This document shows positions 15,047-28,234 of a DNA stretch of 64,000 nucleotides, piece by piece (position 1 is the first letter of the stretch; every line of letters begins with the position of its first letter). Below the pieces are notes generated by a model. That model did not search any database, had not been told where the DNA came from, and saw only the letters and a list, made by a program, of their open reading frames with translations. Source of the DNA: Chrysomallon squamiferum (lineage: Eukaryota; Animalia; Mollusca); assembly GCA_012295275.1 (NCBI GenBank), contig CM022667.1, forward strand, positions 14,942,001 to 15,006,000, written 5' to 3'. The position numbers and the translations under genes were made by a program.

Positions 15047-15272
15047 GTTGTTGTTCTTGTTGTCGTTTCTCAAAGTTTTTTTAATTTTTAATTTGTTTTT
15101 TAATTATCACGGCATTGGGTAATTGAATAAAATGAAAAACACTTGGGCACCGGAGTCTATTACGCTAATATTATATGAACTGGCTTAATTAGTCTTTCAT
15201 CTGTAACAATTGGGTGTGTAACAAATGGGACATGTAACAAATGGGACGTGTAACAAATGTGAGACAAATACC
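14327..15272. mobile_element. Putative non-autonomous DNA transposon with inverted arrays of short subterminal repeats
   Basis: Left end has CCCATTTCTTACAC/TCCATTTGTCACAC; right end has tandem GTGTAACAAATGGG-type units in the opposite orientation. No target-site duplication was established. Confidence 0.45.
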
Positions 15273-15445
15273 ATTTAAAGATACAATTAATTATAAAACA
15301 GTAAGTTGAAGCTTTGATCTAAAGTTAAATGATACACAAAATAAATGTAGCATGCAAATTAAATAAGAAAAAATATATTAAAATATATACATGTATGTAC
15401 AATATACGTTCATTCTGCATATTCTAATGATTAAGCAGATAAAAC

Positions 15446-15491
<46 letters not shown>

Positions 15492-15774
15492 TATCATGAT
15501 ATATATATATATATATATAAAAATTCTTATTCATTGTATGACGATAAAATAAATGTATAAAAAACATTAACTGTATATAATAGCCAAAGATATATATATA
15601 GATTATATATCAGTGTATTAAAAAATATACTTAAACTGGCACATTTCTTATGTTGTTTATGTAAAAGTGTTTATCACATTACACAATATTTTTTATCCCT
15701 GTTTTGTATAATTCTAAAACAGGAGTTAATTAAAATTAAACACTAATAAAACGTTTTCCATTCATTGCTTGCTC

Positions 15775-15860
<86 letters not shown>

Positions 15861-16252
15861 GAACAACATTATAAAAGAAAAAAAAAATCAATAACAAATG
15901 CATAAAATAATTTCAGTAAGGAAACAATCATCAAGATAGACCAAAATACACAATATTTATACAATACAGTTATTCATTAGCCAAAATAATTTTAAATAAT
16001 AATACTAATAATGAGAAAAGAATAGTTAAAAAAAACACGAAAAAAATGAAAACATTAATAATGGAATAAAAAAAAATTTCTAAATTTTCTCCTCTGTACA
16101 ATATCCTGTAATATTTAATACTAAAAAAAGGACAATTTATCAACAAAATGATTTCTGTAAGGAAGGAAAATCAAGACAAAATCAAATAAAAAATAAATAA
16201 ATAAATAAATAAAATAAATAAAATAATAATAATAATAATAATAATAAAATAA

Positions 16253-16284
<32 letters not shown>

Positions 16285-16372
16285 TAAATAAATAAATAAA
16301 AATAAAATAAAAGATAAAAATAACGTTTACACAAAACAATCATTCACTGTCACGTACAGTCAAAAATAATTT

Positions 16373-16405
<33 letters not shown>

Positions 16406-17529
16406 GTCATAAAGAGTAATTTATATACAAATAAAATAAATGTAGTATTAAAGATTTATCACATAAATTAAAGCAGTTTAACTTCACACTCATAGTTCAA
16501 TGTCAAACAGATAAATGTCAGCTTTATTAACTGAAAATATTTCAACTTTAAACTTATATTTATTTTATTAATTATTCAATATTTTATAATTTTTAAAGTT
16601 ATATGTAAACATGATTATCTAAACATATTTCTAATTAAATTTAAATTTATTTGATTAATTATTCACTATTTTATAATTTTTAAATTGATATTATATTATT
16701 AACTAAAAATATTCCTAATTTAAACTAAAATAAGTGTATGAAAATATTAACTCTGTACATTACTGTGCACTGCTTTCTAACTATTAATTACATCAATGTA
16801 GATAAAATCTATCGAAAATGAAAATTTACAGTTCCTTTATTAATTTTGTTACTCTCTATTTTCTAATGGTAATATATATAATGGTAATTATAAACCTAGT
16901 AAAACATTCAGTTACAGAGAACTGTTTTACAAAAAAAGGTCTATGTACATGAATACATTTTCTAAAAAATGTACGTTTGACTTTCAAATACAAATTTATT
17001 CATTAAAAACATGAGAAAACAAACATTTGAAAAAATAAAAATCCTTTAAATTTAATATTAATATAGTAGTTTCCTTAGTATAAACATTTAAAAGATTCAG
17101 TAATACAGAACAATTTTCTAAAATAAAAAAATCTATATATTAATTTTGCAAGTAACACTAAAACACAAATTAATTATAACATCCTGTATAACAGGTATTT
17201 TTATGCATGAACATTCTAATAGCAACACCAGTAATAATCAAGTCATCATAAATAATGAAACAAATCTGATCTGTAAAACTGCCTGACTTTTCACTGACTG
17301 AATAACCTGATCAAAATTAACATCAGTATTAACATTGTTGTATGATTATTGGGAATCGTAACATATCTTAACATCTTTTTAAACCGAACAGTGCAATAAA
17401 TCCCCCAAAGTGTTTCAGTGAAAAGTAAAACTCCATTGAAAATTTCATAAAGATAAAGAACATTATAATATTTCTTGTTATGCACAAATACTACAAAATA
17501 TTTGAACAGAAACAAAAGACTATACAAAA

Positions 17530-18357
17530 GTAATACAATATTTGTATAGACACACACAAATATATAGTATAGCAATATTTGTACTGATACAATAGACTAT
17601 ACAATATGACATAAAACAAAAACTACACCACTTATCAATACAATATTTGAATAGATACAATAGACTATACAATATGCTTATACAACATTTGTATAGAAAC
17701 AAAAACTACACCACATATTAATGCAATATCTGAATAGATGAAATAGACTATACAATATGGAAATACAATATCTAAATAGATACAATAGACTATACAATAT
17801 TTATATGGAAACGAAACTTACGCCATACATTGATCCAGTACTTGAATAAATACACTAGACTATACAATATGCTAATACAGTATTTATATAGAAACAATAA
17901 CTACACCATACATTAATACAATATTTGAGTAGATAAAATAGACTATACAAAATGCTAATACAATATTTATATAGAAAGGAAAACTACACACCACACATTA
18001 ATACAATATTTGAATAGATACAATATGCTAATACAATATTCAAATACAATATTTGAATAGATACACTATATATATATCTAATATTTTTATGCAACATGGA
18101 ACAGAAACAAAAAACTATACAAAAAGTATTTGTATAGACACACACAAAATATAATATACCATATTTTAATACAATAGACTATACAATAGGTACAATAAAA
18201 ACTATACCATTATCAATATAATATTTGAATAGATACAATAGAAACAAAACATTTGTATAGAAACAAAAACTATTCCATGCATTAATACAATATTTGAATA
18301 GAAAAAGACTATCAATATGGAAATACAATATCTGAATAGATTTTATGGACTATACAA

Positions 18358-18396
<39 letters not shown>

Positions 18397-18420
18397 AATA
18401 AATAAAGACTATATAAATGT
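17530..18420. repeat. Complex minisatellite (AATACAATATTTGAATAGATACAATAGACTATAC...) downstream of gene A
   Basis: Recurrent ~40-bp units; a shorter version lies at 46060-46260. Confidence 0.8.
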
Positions 18421-19549
18421 TCATACAGTATTTAACACAGAATTAAATATTCTCATACAACATTTGATCGAAAATATGTAATAAATGAAATACAATATTT
18501 AAATAGCTGAAACCATGTCATGGAAATCCGTGTGTATAGGATGAAGTATAAAATTTAAGATCAATACTTTAGATACAATAGACTATAAATTTTTTACAAA
18601 ACAAAATACAAAATATACTGTTTCATACATTGTACAATGTTCTGAATAGGTAACAAGACATAAAACTAACAGTCTGTCTTATATTGAAATATATATATAT
18701 TTTTAATTTCAAAATTTATCTAAATCATTTATTTATCTTTAAATATTCTCATACAACATTACATTGAAAAATAAATGAAACAGTTTAAAATGTTCGATAA
18801 AAGGATATTTCAAATGAAGTATAAAATTTATTCAACTTTGGGAACCTCATTAATGCCTTTTTAAAATTTCATACTTATTTTTCTAATCATAATTTTGACA
18901 AGGTATCTTCCATATAAAACTAACAGTTCTCAAAAAACTTCAGGGTTTTTATATCAAAACACTTGTATCTATATGCCCTTTTAAAACAGAATGACTGCTA
19001 CATGTTATATTAAGCATATTATTATCTTACGGTAATATTTATTTAGCTATCGTGTATAATCATGTTTATAAATTTATACTTTTGCGGTTCTTCGATGTTC
19101 AGCTAATTAATGTCAGGGAATGGAGTAACAACACAAAATCTAAATAGAAGAAAGTATGCAGACCTCCGTGGGCTTTTTAGAAACTGTGTTATATAATTGG
19201 GAGCAGTTCGTTTATTTTATAAACTAATAAACACTGGGATTAACAGACTCAAAATTGGTATTTAAGTTTCAAAGTAAATTCAGAAAGGCTGTCTGCTGAG
19301 GGGTTTCATGAACGTCCGCGTTCGATATAAATATTCAGCGCGTGCTTTAAATGAGATCTTTTGATCGGTGTCTGAGGGACGTCTGCTCAAGACAAAGGAC
19401 CACTCAGGCAATGTCAGTTATGGTTTAATTTGTTTTTTGTCTCAGACTAATAAAAGTAAGCTTGTCATTTGACGCTATTTTATTCTGTGGTTAGACAGGG
19501 CGAAAACTTTAAGGTACAAACTAAGATAACAGTCAAAAGATTAGAACTA

Positions 19550-19945
19550 AAAGTTTATCACTAAAAGATTTCACCACTGGAATTAATAAAACTCATATCA
19601 ACACCTTTTTCAATCATTTATCAAAACATTTCTATATTTCCACATCAACTGCTACCTCAAAACAGATTTCTCGTCATTGTTATTAAATTAGGATCACTCC
19701 ATGTTCCAGTTAATTTATGTCAAATATGATTTTTCATATAAAACAATTACAAGTTTATCATCATAATTAACAGCAGTGAAAAGTTCTCTAGTTTCATACA
19801 GAATTTTTTACATTTACATCAAAACCCTTTTCAGTCAGTCTTTCAGATTTCTAAAAACCTTGTTTAGTTGCTAGTGAATTGTTCTAGTCTGTCTGTTAAA
19901 TTAGGATCAGGGCCATGTTCCAACTTTACTTTGTTCATAATAGAA
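19550..19945 (-). pseudogene. Garbled ankyrin-repeat remnants continuing gene A
   Basis: Fragments such as TTAGGATCA.CTCCATGTTCCAGT and TCAACACCTTTTTCAATCA with many indels and no continuous frame. Confidence 0.7.
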
Positions 19946-22900
19946 TCAGACTTGTTGCTTGTAACATTTATTATTCAGAGCTGTAAAAATAGGAGTTTCA
20001 CCTCTACTGGAATTAATAAAACTCATATCAACACCTTTTTCAATCAGTGTTGTAACCATTTCTATATTTCCACACTCAACTGCTACATGAAAAACAGATT
20101 TCTCATCATTGTTTGTTAAATTAGGATCAGCTCCATGTTCCAGTAAATAAAGAAGTACATTTTTTTGTTCAAACAAAACAGCTGTAAAAAGGGGAGCTTC
20201 ACCGTAACTGTTCTTAACATTTACATCAAAACCCTTTTCAGTCAGTGCTGTCACAATTTCTAGATTCCCATATTTAGCTGCTACGTGTAAAACAGAATTG
20301 TTATCATTGTCTGTTAAACTGGGATGAGCTCCTTGTTCCAGTAAGTAAAGAACTATTTGACATTTTTCATCATTCAGAGATGGATCAAGCTCCTTTTGAT
20401 CATAATTAACAGCTGTAAAAAGAGGAGTTTCACCTTTATTGTTTTTAATATTTATGTCAATTCCCTTTTCAATCAGTGCTATAACCACTTCTATATTTCC
20501 ACATTCAGCTGCTAGGTGTAACACAGAATTGTCATCATTGTCTGCTAAATTAGGATCAGCTCCATGATCCAGTAAGTAAGAAACTACTTTGTTATTATCA
20601 AAGTACACACCTCGATGTTTATAAAAATGATCTTCATTGGTTTTCAGAGCTGTACAAAGAGGAGTTTCACCTCGATTGTTTTTAATATTTACATCCAGTC
20701 CTTTTTCCACCAGTGCTGTCACAATTTTCATATTTCTATGTTTTGCTGCTAAGTGTAAAACAGAATTGTTATTATTGTCTGTTAAATTAGGATCACCTCC
20801 TTGTTCCAGTAAATATAAAACTACTTGACATTTCTCATCATTGAGACATGGATCAAGGTCATCTTGATCATAATTAACAGCTGTAAAAAGAGGAGTTTCA
20901 CCTTTATTGTTTTTAATATTTATATCAACACCTTTTTCAATCAGTTCTATCACAATGTCTAGACTTCCATGTTTAGCTGCCAAGTGTAAAACAGAATTGT
21001 TATTATTGTTTGTTAAATTAGGATCAGCTCCATATTCCAATAAATAAAGAAGTACTTGACATCTTTGATCATTGAGAGATGGATCAAGTTCATGTATATC
21101 ATAATTAACAGCTGTAAAAAGAGGAGTTTCACCTTTATTGTTTTTGATATTTATATCAACACCTTTTTCAATCAGTTCTATCACAATGTCTAGACTTCCA
21201 TGTTTAGCTGCCAAGTGTAAAACAGAATTGTCATTATTGTCTGTTAAATTAGGATCAGCTCCATGATCCAGTAAGTAAGAAACTACTTTGTTATTATCAA
21301 AGTAAGATGTTTAAGAGCTGTACAAAGAGGAGTTTCACCTCGATTGTTTTTAATATTTACATTCAGTCCTTTTTCCACCAGTGCTGTCACAATTTCCATA
21401 TTTCTATGTTTAGCTGCTAAGTGTAAAACAGAATTGTTATTATTGTCTGTTAAATTAGGATCACCTCCAAGTTCCAGTAAATAAAAAACTACTTGACATT
21501 TCTCATCAATGAGACATGGATCAAGGTCATCTTGATCATAATTAACAGCTGTAAAAAGAGGAGTTTCACCTTTATTGTTTTTGATATTTACATCCACATC
21601 TTTTTCAGTCAGTGCTATCATACTTTGTATATGTCCATGTTTAGCTGCTAAGTGTAAAACAGAATTGTTATCTTTGTCTGTTAAATTAGGATCAGCTCCA
21701 TGTTGCAGTAAATAAAAAATTACTTCACATTTTTTATTATTGAGAGATGGATCAAGTTCATGTGTATCATAATTAACAGCTTTAAAAAGAGGAGTTTCAC
21801 CACGAGAATTAATAAAATTTACATCGACACCTTTTTGAATCAGTGCTGTAACCATTTCAATACTTCCACATTCAGCTGCTAGGTGTAAAACAGAATTGTC
21901 TTCATTGTCAGTTAAATTAGGATCAGCTCCTTTTTCCAGTAAGTAAAAAACTACCTTTTTATTATGACAGCACATATTTGGGTGTTTGTAAAAATGATAT
22001 TTGTAGTAATCCAGAGCTGTTAAAAGAGCAGTTTCTCCTTTGTTGTTTTTACTATTTACATCAACACCCTTTTTAGTCAGTGTTGTCACAATTTCTAGAT
22101 TTCCTTGTCTAGCTGCTAAGTGTAAAGCAGAATTGTTATCATTGTCTGTCAAATTAGGATCAGTTCCTTGTTCCAGTAAGTATGAAACTATTTTGTTATT
22201 CTGAAAGAAGACACCTGGATGTTTGTAAAAATGATCTACGTTGGTTTCCAGAGCTGTAAAAAGTGGACTTTCACCTTTATTGTTTCTAATATTTACATCA
22301 ACACCCTTTTCAATCAGAGCTGTCACAATTTCTGTATTTCCGTGTTCACCTGCTTTGTGTAAAACAGAATTGTTATCTCTGTTTGTTAAATTAGCATCAG
22401 CTCCATGTTCCAGTAAATAAAAAACTACTTGACATTTTTCATCTTTGAGAGATAGATCAAGCTTATCTTGATCATAGTTAACAGCTGCAAAAAGAGGAGT
22501 TTCACCTTTATTGTTTTTAATATTTACATCAAAACCTTTTTCAGCCAGTGCTGTCACAATTTCTATATGTCCATGTTCAGCTGCTAAGTGTAAGACCAGA
22601 ATTGTTATCTTTGTTTGTTAAATTAGCATCAGCTCCATGTTCCAGTAAATAAAAAACAGCTTCACATTTTTTATCATAGAGAGATGGATCAAGTTTATCT
22701 TCATCATAATTAACAGCTGTAAAAAGAGGAGTTTCACCTTTAATGTTTTTAACATTTACATCCATACCTTTTTCAATCAGTGCTGTCACAATTTCTATAT
22801 TTCCTTGTTTAGCAGCTAAGTGTAAAACAGAATTGTTATCATTGTCTGTTAAATTAGGATCAGTTCCATGTTTCAGAAAATAAAGAAATACACTATTTTG

Positions 22901-25900
22901 TTCAGACAAAAGAGCAGTAAAAGAGGAGCTTCACCGTAACTGTTTTTAATAATTGCATCGAAACCTTTTTCAATCAGGGCTTTCACAATTTTTAGATTTC
23001 CATATTTAGCTGCTAGGTGTAAAACTGAATTGTTATCATTGTCTGTTAAATTAGGATCAGCTCCATGTTCCAGTAAATATAAAACTACTTCGATATTATG
23101 ACAGTACCTATTTGGATGTTCGTCATTATTGTATTTGTAGTAATCCATAGCTATAAAAAGAGCAGTTTCACCTTTGTTGTTTTTACTGTTTATATCAATT
23201 TCCTTTTCAGTCAGGGCTGTCACAATTTCTAGATTTCCTTGTTTAGCTGCTAGGTGTAAAACAGAATTGTTATCATTGTCTGTTAAATTAGGATCAGCCC
23301 CATGTTCCAGTAAATACAAAACTACTTTGATATTATGACAGTACATATTTGGATGTTCGTAATTATTGTATTTGTAGTAATCCAGAGCTATAAAAAGAGC
23401 AGTTTCACCTTTTTTGTTTTTACTGTTTACATCAACTTCATTTTCAGTCAGTGCTCTCACAATTTCTCGATTTCCTTGTCTAGCTGCTAAGTGTAAAACA
23501 GAATTGCTATCATTGTCTGTTAAATTAGGATCAGCTCCTTGTTCCAATAAGTAAGAAACTACAATGTTATTATGAAAGTACACACCTGGTAATATGCAAA
23601 AATCATCTTCGTTGCTTTCCAGAGCTGTAAAAAGAGGAGTTTCACCTTTATTGTTTTTAATATTTACATCAAAACCTTTTTGAATCAGTGCTCTCACATT
23701 TTCTATATTTCCATGTTTAACTGCTAAGTGTAAAGCAGAATTGTTATCACTGTGTGTTAAATTATGATCAGCTCCATGATCCAGTAAATAAAGAAGTACA
23801 CTGTTCTGCTCATACTTAAGAGCTGAAAAAAGAGGAGTTTCACCGTGACTGTTTTCAGTATTTGCATCTAAACCTTTTTCAATCAGTGCTTTCACAATTT
23901 CTATATTTCCTTGTATAGTTGCTAAATGTAAAACAGAATTGTTATTATTGTCTGTTAAATTAGGATCAGCTCCATGGTCCAGTAAATAAAGAACTACTGT
24001 GTTTGTTTTATTCTTAACGGCTGTAAGAAGAGGAGTTTCACCGTTATTGTTTTTAATATTTAGATCGACACCTTTTTCATTCAGTGCTGCCACAATTTCT
24101 ATACTTCCATGTTTAGCTGCTAAGTGTAAAACAGAATTGTTATCATTGTTTGTTAAATTAGGATCAGCTCCATGATCCAGTAAATAAAAAGCTATTTGAC
24201 GTTTTTCATCATTCAGAGATGGATCAAGTTTATATCCATCATAACTGAGAGCTGTAAAAAGAGGAGTTTCACCTCGATTGTTTTTAATATTTACATCCAG
24301 TCCTTTTTCAATCAGTGCTGTCATAATTTTCATATCTCCATGTTTTGCTGCTAAATGTAAAACAGAATTGTTATTATTGTCTGTTAAATTAGGATCAGTT
24401 CCATGTTCTAGTAAATAAAGAAGTACTTCACATTTTTCATTCTTAACAGTTGTAAAAAGAGGAGTTGCACCTTTACCGTTTTTACTAGCACATTTTTCAA
24501 GCAGAGCTGTCACAATATCTATATCTCCGTATTTAGCTGCTAAGTATAAAACAGAATTGTTGTTGTCTGCTAAATTAGGATCAGCTCCACGTTCCAGTAA
24601 ACGAAAAATTACTTGACGTTCGTCATAATTTAGAGATGCATCACGTTCATTTTGATCATAATTAATAGCTGTAAAAAAAGGATTTTCACCTCTACTGTTT
24701 TTCACATTTACATCAAAATGCTTTTCAATCAGTGCTGTCACAATTTCTAGATTTCCTTGTTTAGCTGCTAAATGTAAAATAGAATTGTTATTATTGTTTG
24801 TTAAATTAGGATCAGCTCCATGTTCCAGTAAATACAAAACTACATTGTTCTGTTGAAACTTAACAGCTGTAAAAAGAGGTGTTTCACCCTGACGGTTTTT
24901 AATATTTACGTCAAAACCTTTTTCAATCAGTGCTTTCACTGTTTCTATATCTCCCACTTTAGTTGCTAAATCAAATTTGTCTTTGTCTGTTAATTTAGGA
25001 TCACCTCCATGTTCCAGTAAATATAAAGCTACGTTACATTTTTCGTTATTCAGAAACTGTCCATGTTTACTTTGATAAGTAACAGCTATAAAAAGAGGAG
25101 TTTCACCTTTATTGTTCTTAATATTTACATCAAAACCTTTTTCAATCAGAGCAGCAACAATTTCTAGATTTCCATATTTAGCTGCTAGGTGTAAAATAGA
25201 ATTTTTATCGTTGGCTGTTAAATTAGGATCAGCTCCTTGTTTTAATAAGTATGATGCTATTTCTGGTCTGTTATTGTTTAATGCAAAAAAGAGAGGAGTT
25301 TCCCCTTCAGTGTTAATTACATTTATGTCAGCACACTTTGTTGTTACTTCTTTCACTACACCTACGTTAATTTCAGATTCAATGTGCAATTCTGAATTAG
25401 TTTGTGTATCCGTTGTGTTACTATCAGGTACTTCCTCTCTGTGTGTCACTGCTTTTACAGCTTCCTGAAGTGGAGTTTCTCCATCTTTGTTTACTGCATT
25501 AACATTAGCATTTTTCTTTATCAGTGACTTTAACACATCTAAGTCACCACGCAGAACTGAAATGTGGAGAGTTGAATCTGAAGGCAATATTTTCAAAGTA
25601 GGTTTATCTAGAAAGAATAGTTTCGATTTCATGTTGTCAGACAACAGTTTTGATCTAATTTCCTGGTTAAATATGTCAATCAATTTCAAGTTAACAGCTA
25701 CATTCACATTAGGATCAGCTCCTTTGTCAAGAAGACACTGAACAACATCTACGCTGTTAAACATCACTGCTACTTTCAGTACTTGACTTTTCTTCCAACT
25801 GTCCTTATCTTTATCATTACGTCTCTGGTCAATGAGAAAATTCACTGTGTCAGAAGGTCCCCATATTGCTGCTGCTAAAAGTACCTTATCTCTGTTCTCA

Positions 25901-27920
25901 TCATTTAAACAATCAGGTTTCAGTTTGACTATTTCTTTTATAACACTTGAATTACTCTGACCAGCAGCAATGATTACAATATCTTCAATTTTGTCTAGTA
26001 TATCAGTGGAAATCAGTTTCTTAAAAACCTGGTTTTCTTTTAAACTCTTTCGTTCTGCAAGTCCTCCTTCTCTATGGAACCAAACCAATAACAGTTTCAC
26101 AGCTATTTCCTTTATTTCACTGTTTTGTTTCTCTTTGTTTATCATGTCAATCAACTCGCAGGCAATGTTCATCCTACCTGAACAAATTGAAATATGTAAC
26201 AAGCGGGAATATAGAGTTAATTTTTTCTCTTTTGTATTCTTTAATAGTTCTTTGAGTACGGTAGCACTGTCTGTTACTGAAGAAGCAGCTGTACTGAATG
26301 TGTCAAATTTTGGTATAACACCTGAGCTTAGCAACATTCTCACGACATCTACATCACCAAACAAACAAGAAATATCCAAAAGTTCTTTTTTCAGAGATGT
26401 TAATTTCATTTTACACAGATTTGATGTAAAAAATCTTGACAATGTTCTTAGTCCATTCACAATACATTCACTTGGAACAGATGATGATAGTTTCATTTTT
26501 TTATCAACTTTCACACACATATATCTAGACTGAAACACTGAATCATTGTCAAGAAGACATAAAATATTTCTAAATGTTTCATCAGCTGAATCGACATGTA
26601 CATATGATATACACTCAAAAATTAATTGTGCACATGTCATATCATAATATGTTTTTTGATACAGTGTCTGATGCAGTATTTCAGACAATCTACCATAAAA
26701 GTCTTTTTTCTTTATGACGTATTTTAGGAATTCTTCATCTTTCAGTGATGGATGTGACATAATGAGTATGGCATTCTCTGATGCCAGCAAGTCAGTAAAT
26801 CTGTGAGCAAGAATATCAAAGTAGTCAGGTTTCACAGTCAGTGTAACGTGACTTTTGCTAGTCACTCCAGGCGTCACAACATATTCTAGCAACATGGAGA
26901 CAGGACACATTTCTAACAACTCTACTGCTTTCTTTGGAAAATTTGACGAAAACATCAGAAACAAAGTGTCAAATACTGACTGATGAATAAATGTGTATTC
27001 ATTATCACAACGCTTCAAAAAGGTACCACACATTACATCAGCTGCTTCTTGTATACCTGTAAGAGTGGTGTCTTTTACATTCTGACAGACCTGCTCTAGC
27101 AGCCTTACTAATTTCATTATGTCACTGTTCTTTTGAGATGGGTCCAGTGAGTCGATGCTGAGACTGCTTTGTTTGAACATAATCAACAGCAGAACTAGGT
27201 AATTGATTGGTGAAGATTTGTGACTTTTCAACTTTTCTAGGTCTTTTCTGAGATATTCTATAGGTTTCCTAAAAAATTCAGCTCTTCTTTCTTGTGCATC
27301 ACTTGAATTAACATAAAATACACATGCCTGAGGAAATCCTAATTCTTTATATGAAGTTTTAATGACAACCATTTTATCTATTAATTCCATTTTAACATCC
27401 TTTTGTTTGAGATATCTATTTAGAATTTCTTCCTTTTCATCATCATTCAGACAACAGTCATCACTCTGTAGATCAAGAACATGTTTTTGATTGAACAGTT
27501 CAAATTCTTTTAAAGTAATTTCACTTTCTGAAAATATTTGTTTTCTTAAAGTAATAATACATTTCAAACCACCTAGAACAAGATTCCAGATCTTCGGAAA
27601 TTTCAGTTTCCATGATTCTATAAAGTCAGAAACAAGATTAGTCTTACCAAATATATCATCAATGAGAACAACACTTTTCTTATTTCTAGACAGAGTGATG
27701 TCATTGAATTCATAGTGATGAGTCAGCAAGTAAGATTCTCTGTTTTCTTCATTTTCTATCTGTCGCATCATGCTCAGAGCTAGAGTTGTCTTTCCTGAAC
27801 CTGGACTTCCAACTACAATCACAACACCATTCCTCTTCAAAAGTGTAATACCTTTTTCCTCTGCTCTTGTCTCAACATAGACATTTCTCTCATCTGAGTT
27901 TAACACTGACTTGGTAGACT
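19946..27920 (-). CDS. Gene A main exon: nSTAND3-like NTPase + helical linker + ~50 ankyrin repeats, split by frameshifts near 22920, 22590 and 21300
   Basis: Walker A GSPGSGKT (27787-27810), Walker B VVLIDDIFG, IITLR, GFP and FFRKP motifs typical of nSTAND3. 26 GETP-type ankyrin doublets counted across four ORFs. Acceptor TGATTCAG| at 27921 is conserved in the paralog (CATGCAG|). Confidence 0.88.
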
Positions 27921-28201
27921 CTGAATCATAACATTTAAAAAGTAACCCATCTGTTATTAATTGTTTTGAACATATCTTACTGTTTAAATATAAATGATAT
28001 AGTTTATCATCAGAGGTCAAGGTTTTAAAAAAATGCAATAGTTTGTTGTTATAACTTTACTTTATCAGTATTTAAGGACGATAATAAGATGCCACAATTT
28101 TGGATGGTGTAAAGGTGAGAAGGTGGTTATTTTATTATTGATGGACATCTCTGAAAACTATACAAATAATAATAATAAAATATATATATATATATATATA
28201 C

Positions 28202-28234
28202 CTTTGATATTGGATGCTCGTCCATCAGTCTTTG
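28202..28234 (-). CDS. Gene A 33-nt microexon (T-KTDGRASNIK-E)
   Basis: TTTCAG|...AAAG|GTATAT, phase 1-1; identical to 50848-50880 while the flanks differ. Confidence 0.8.

Noticed and set aside
19946-22930. Programmed frameshifting or tiny introns explaining the ORF breaks
   Set aside because: No consistent slippery site or GT-AG pair at the breaks; simple indels explain them.
25112-26533. Plus-strand ORFs antisense to the receptor genes (also 48407-49135)
   Set aside because: Shadow frames of the coding strand with no independent motifs.
27921-28038. ORF-track start MHFFKTLTSDDK... of the 1721-aa ORF (and MFKTINNR... at 50600)
   Set aside because: The frame is not conserved between paralogs upstream of the shared AG acceptor, so this is intron sequence. 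The real N-terminus comes from upstream exons.
22873-28038. Bacterial or endosymbiont (Wolbachia-like) ankyrin gene, or latrotoxin
   Set aside because: Spliceosomal introns, microsatellite-rich flanks and an N-terminal STAND NTPase indicate a host nuclear gene; no signal peptide or latrotoxin N-terminal domain was recognised.
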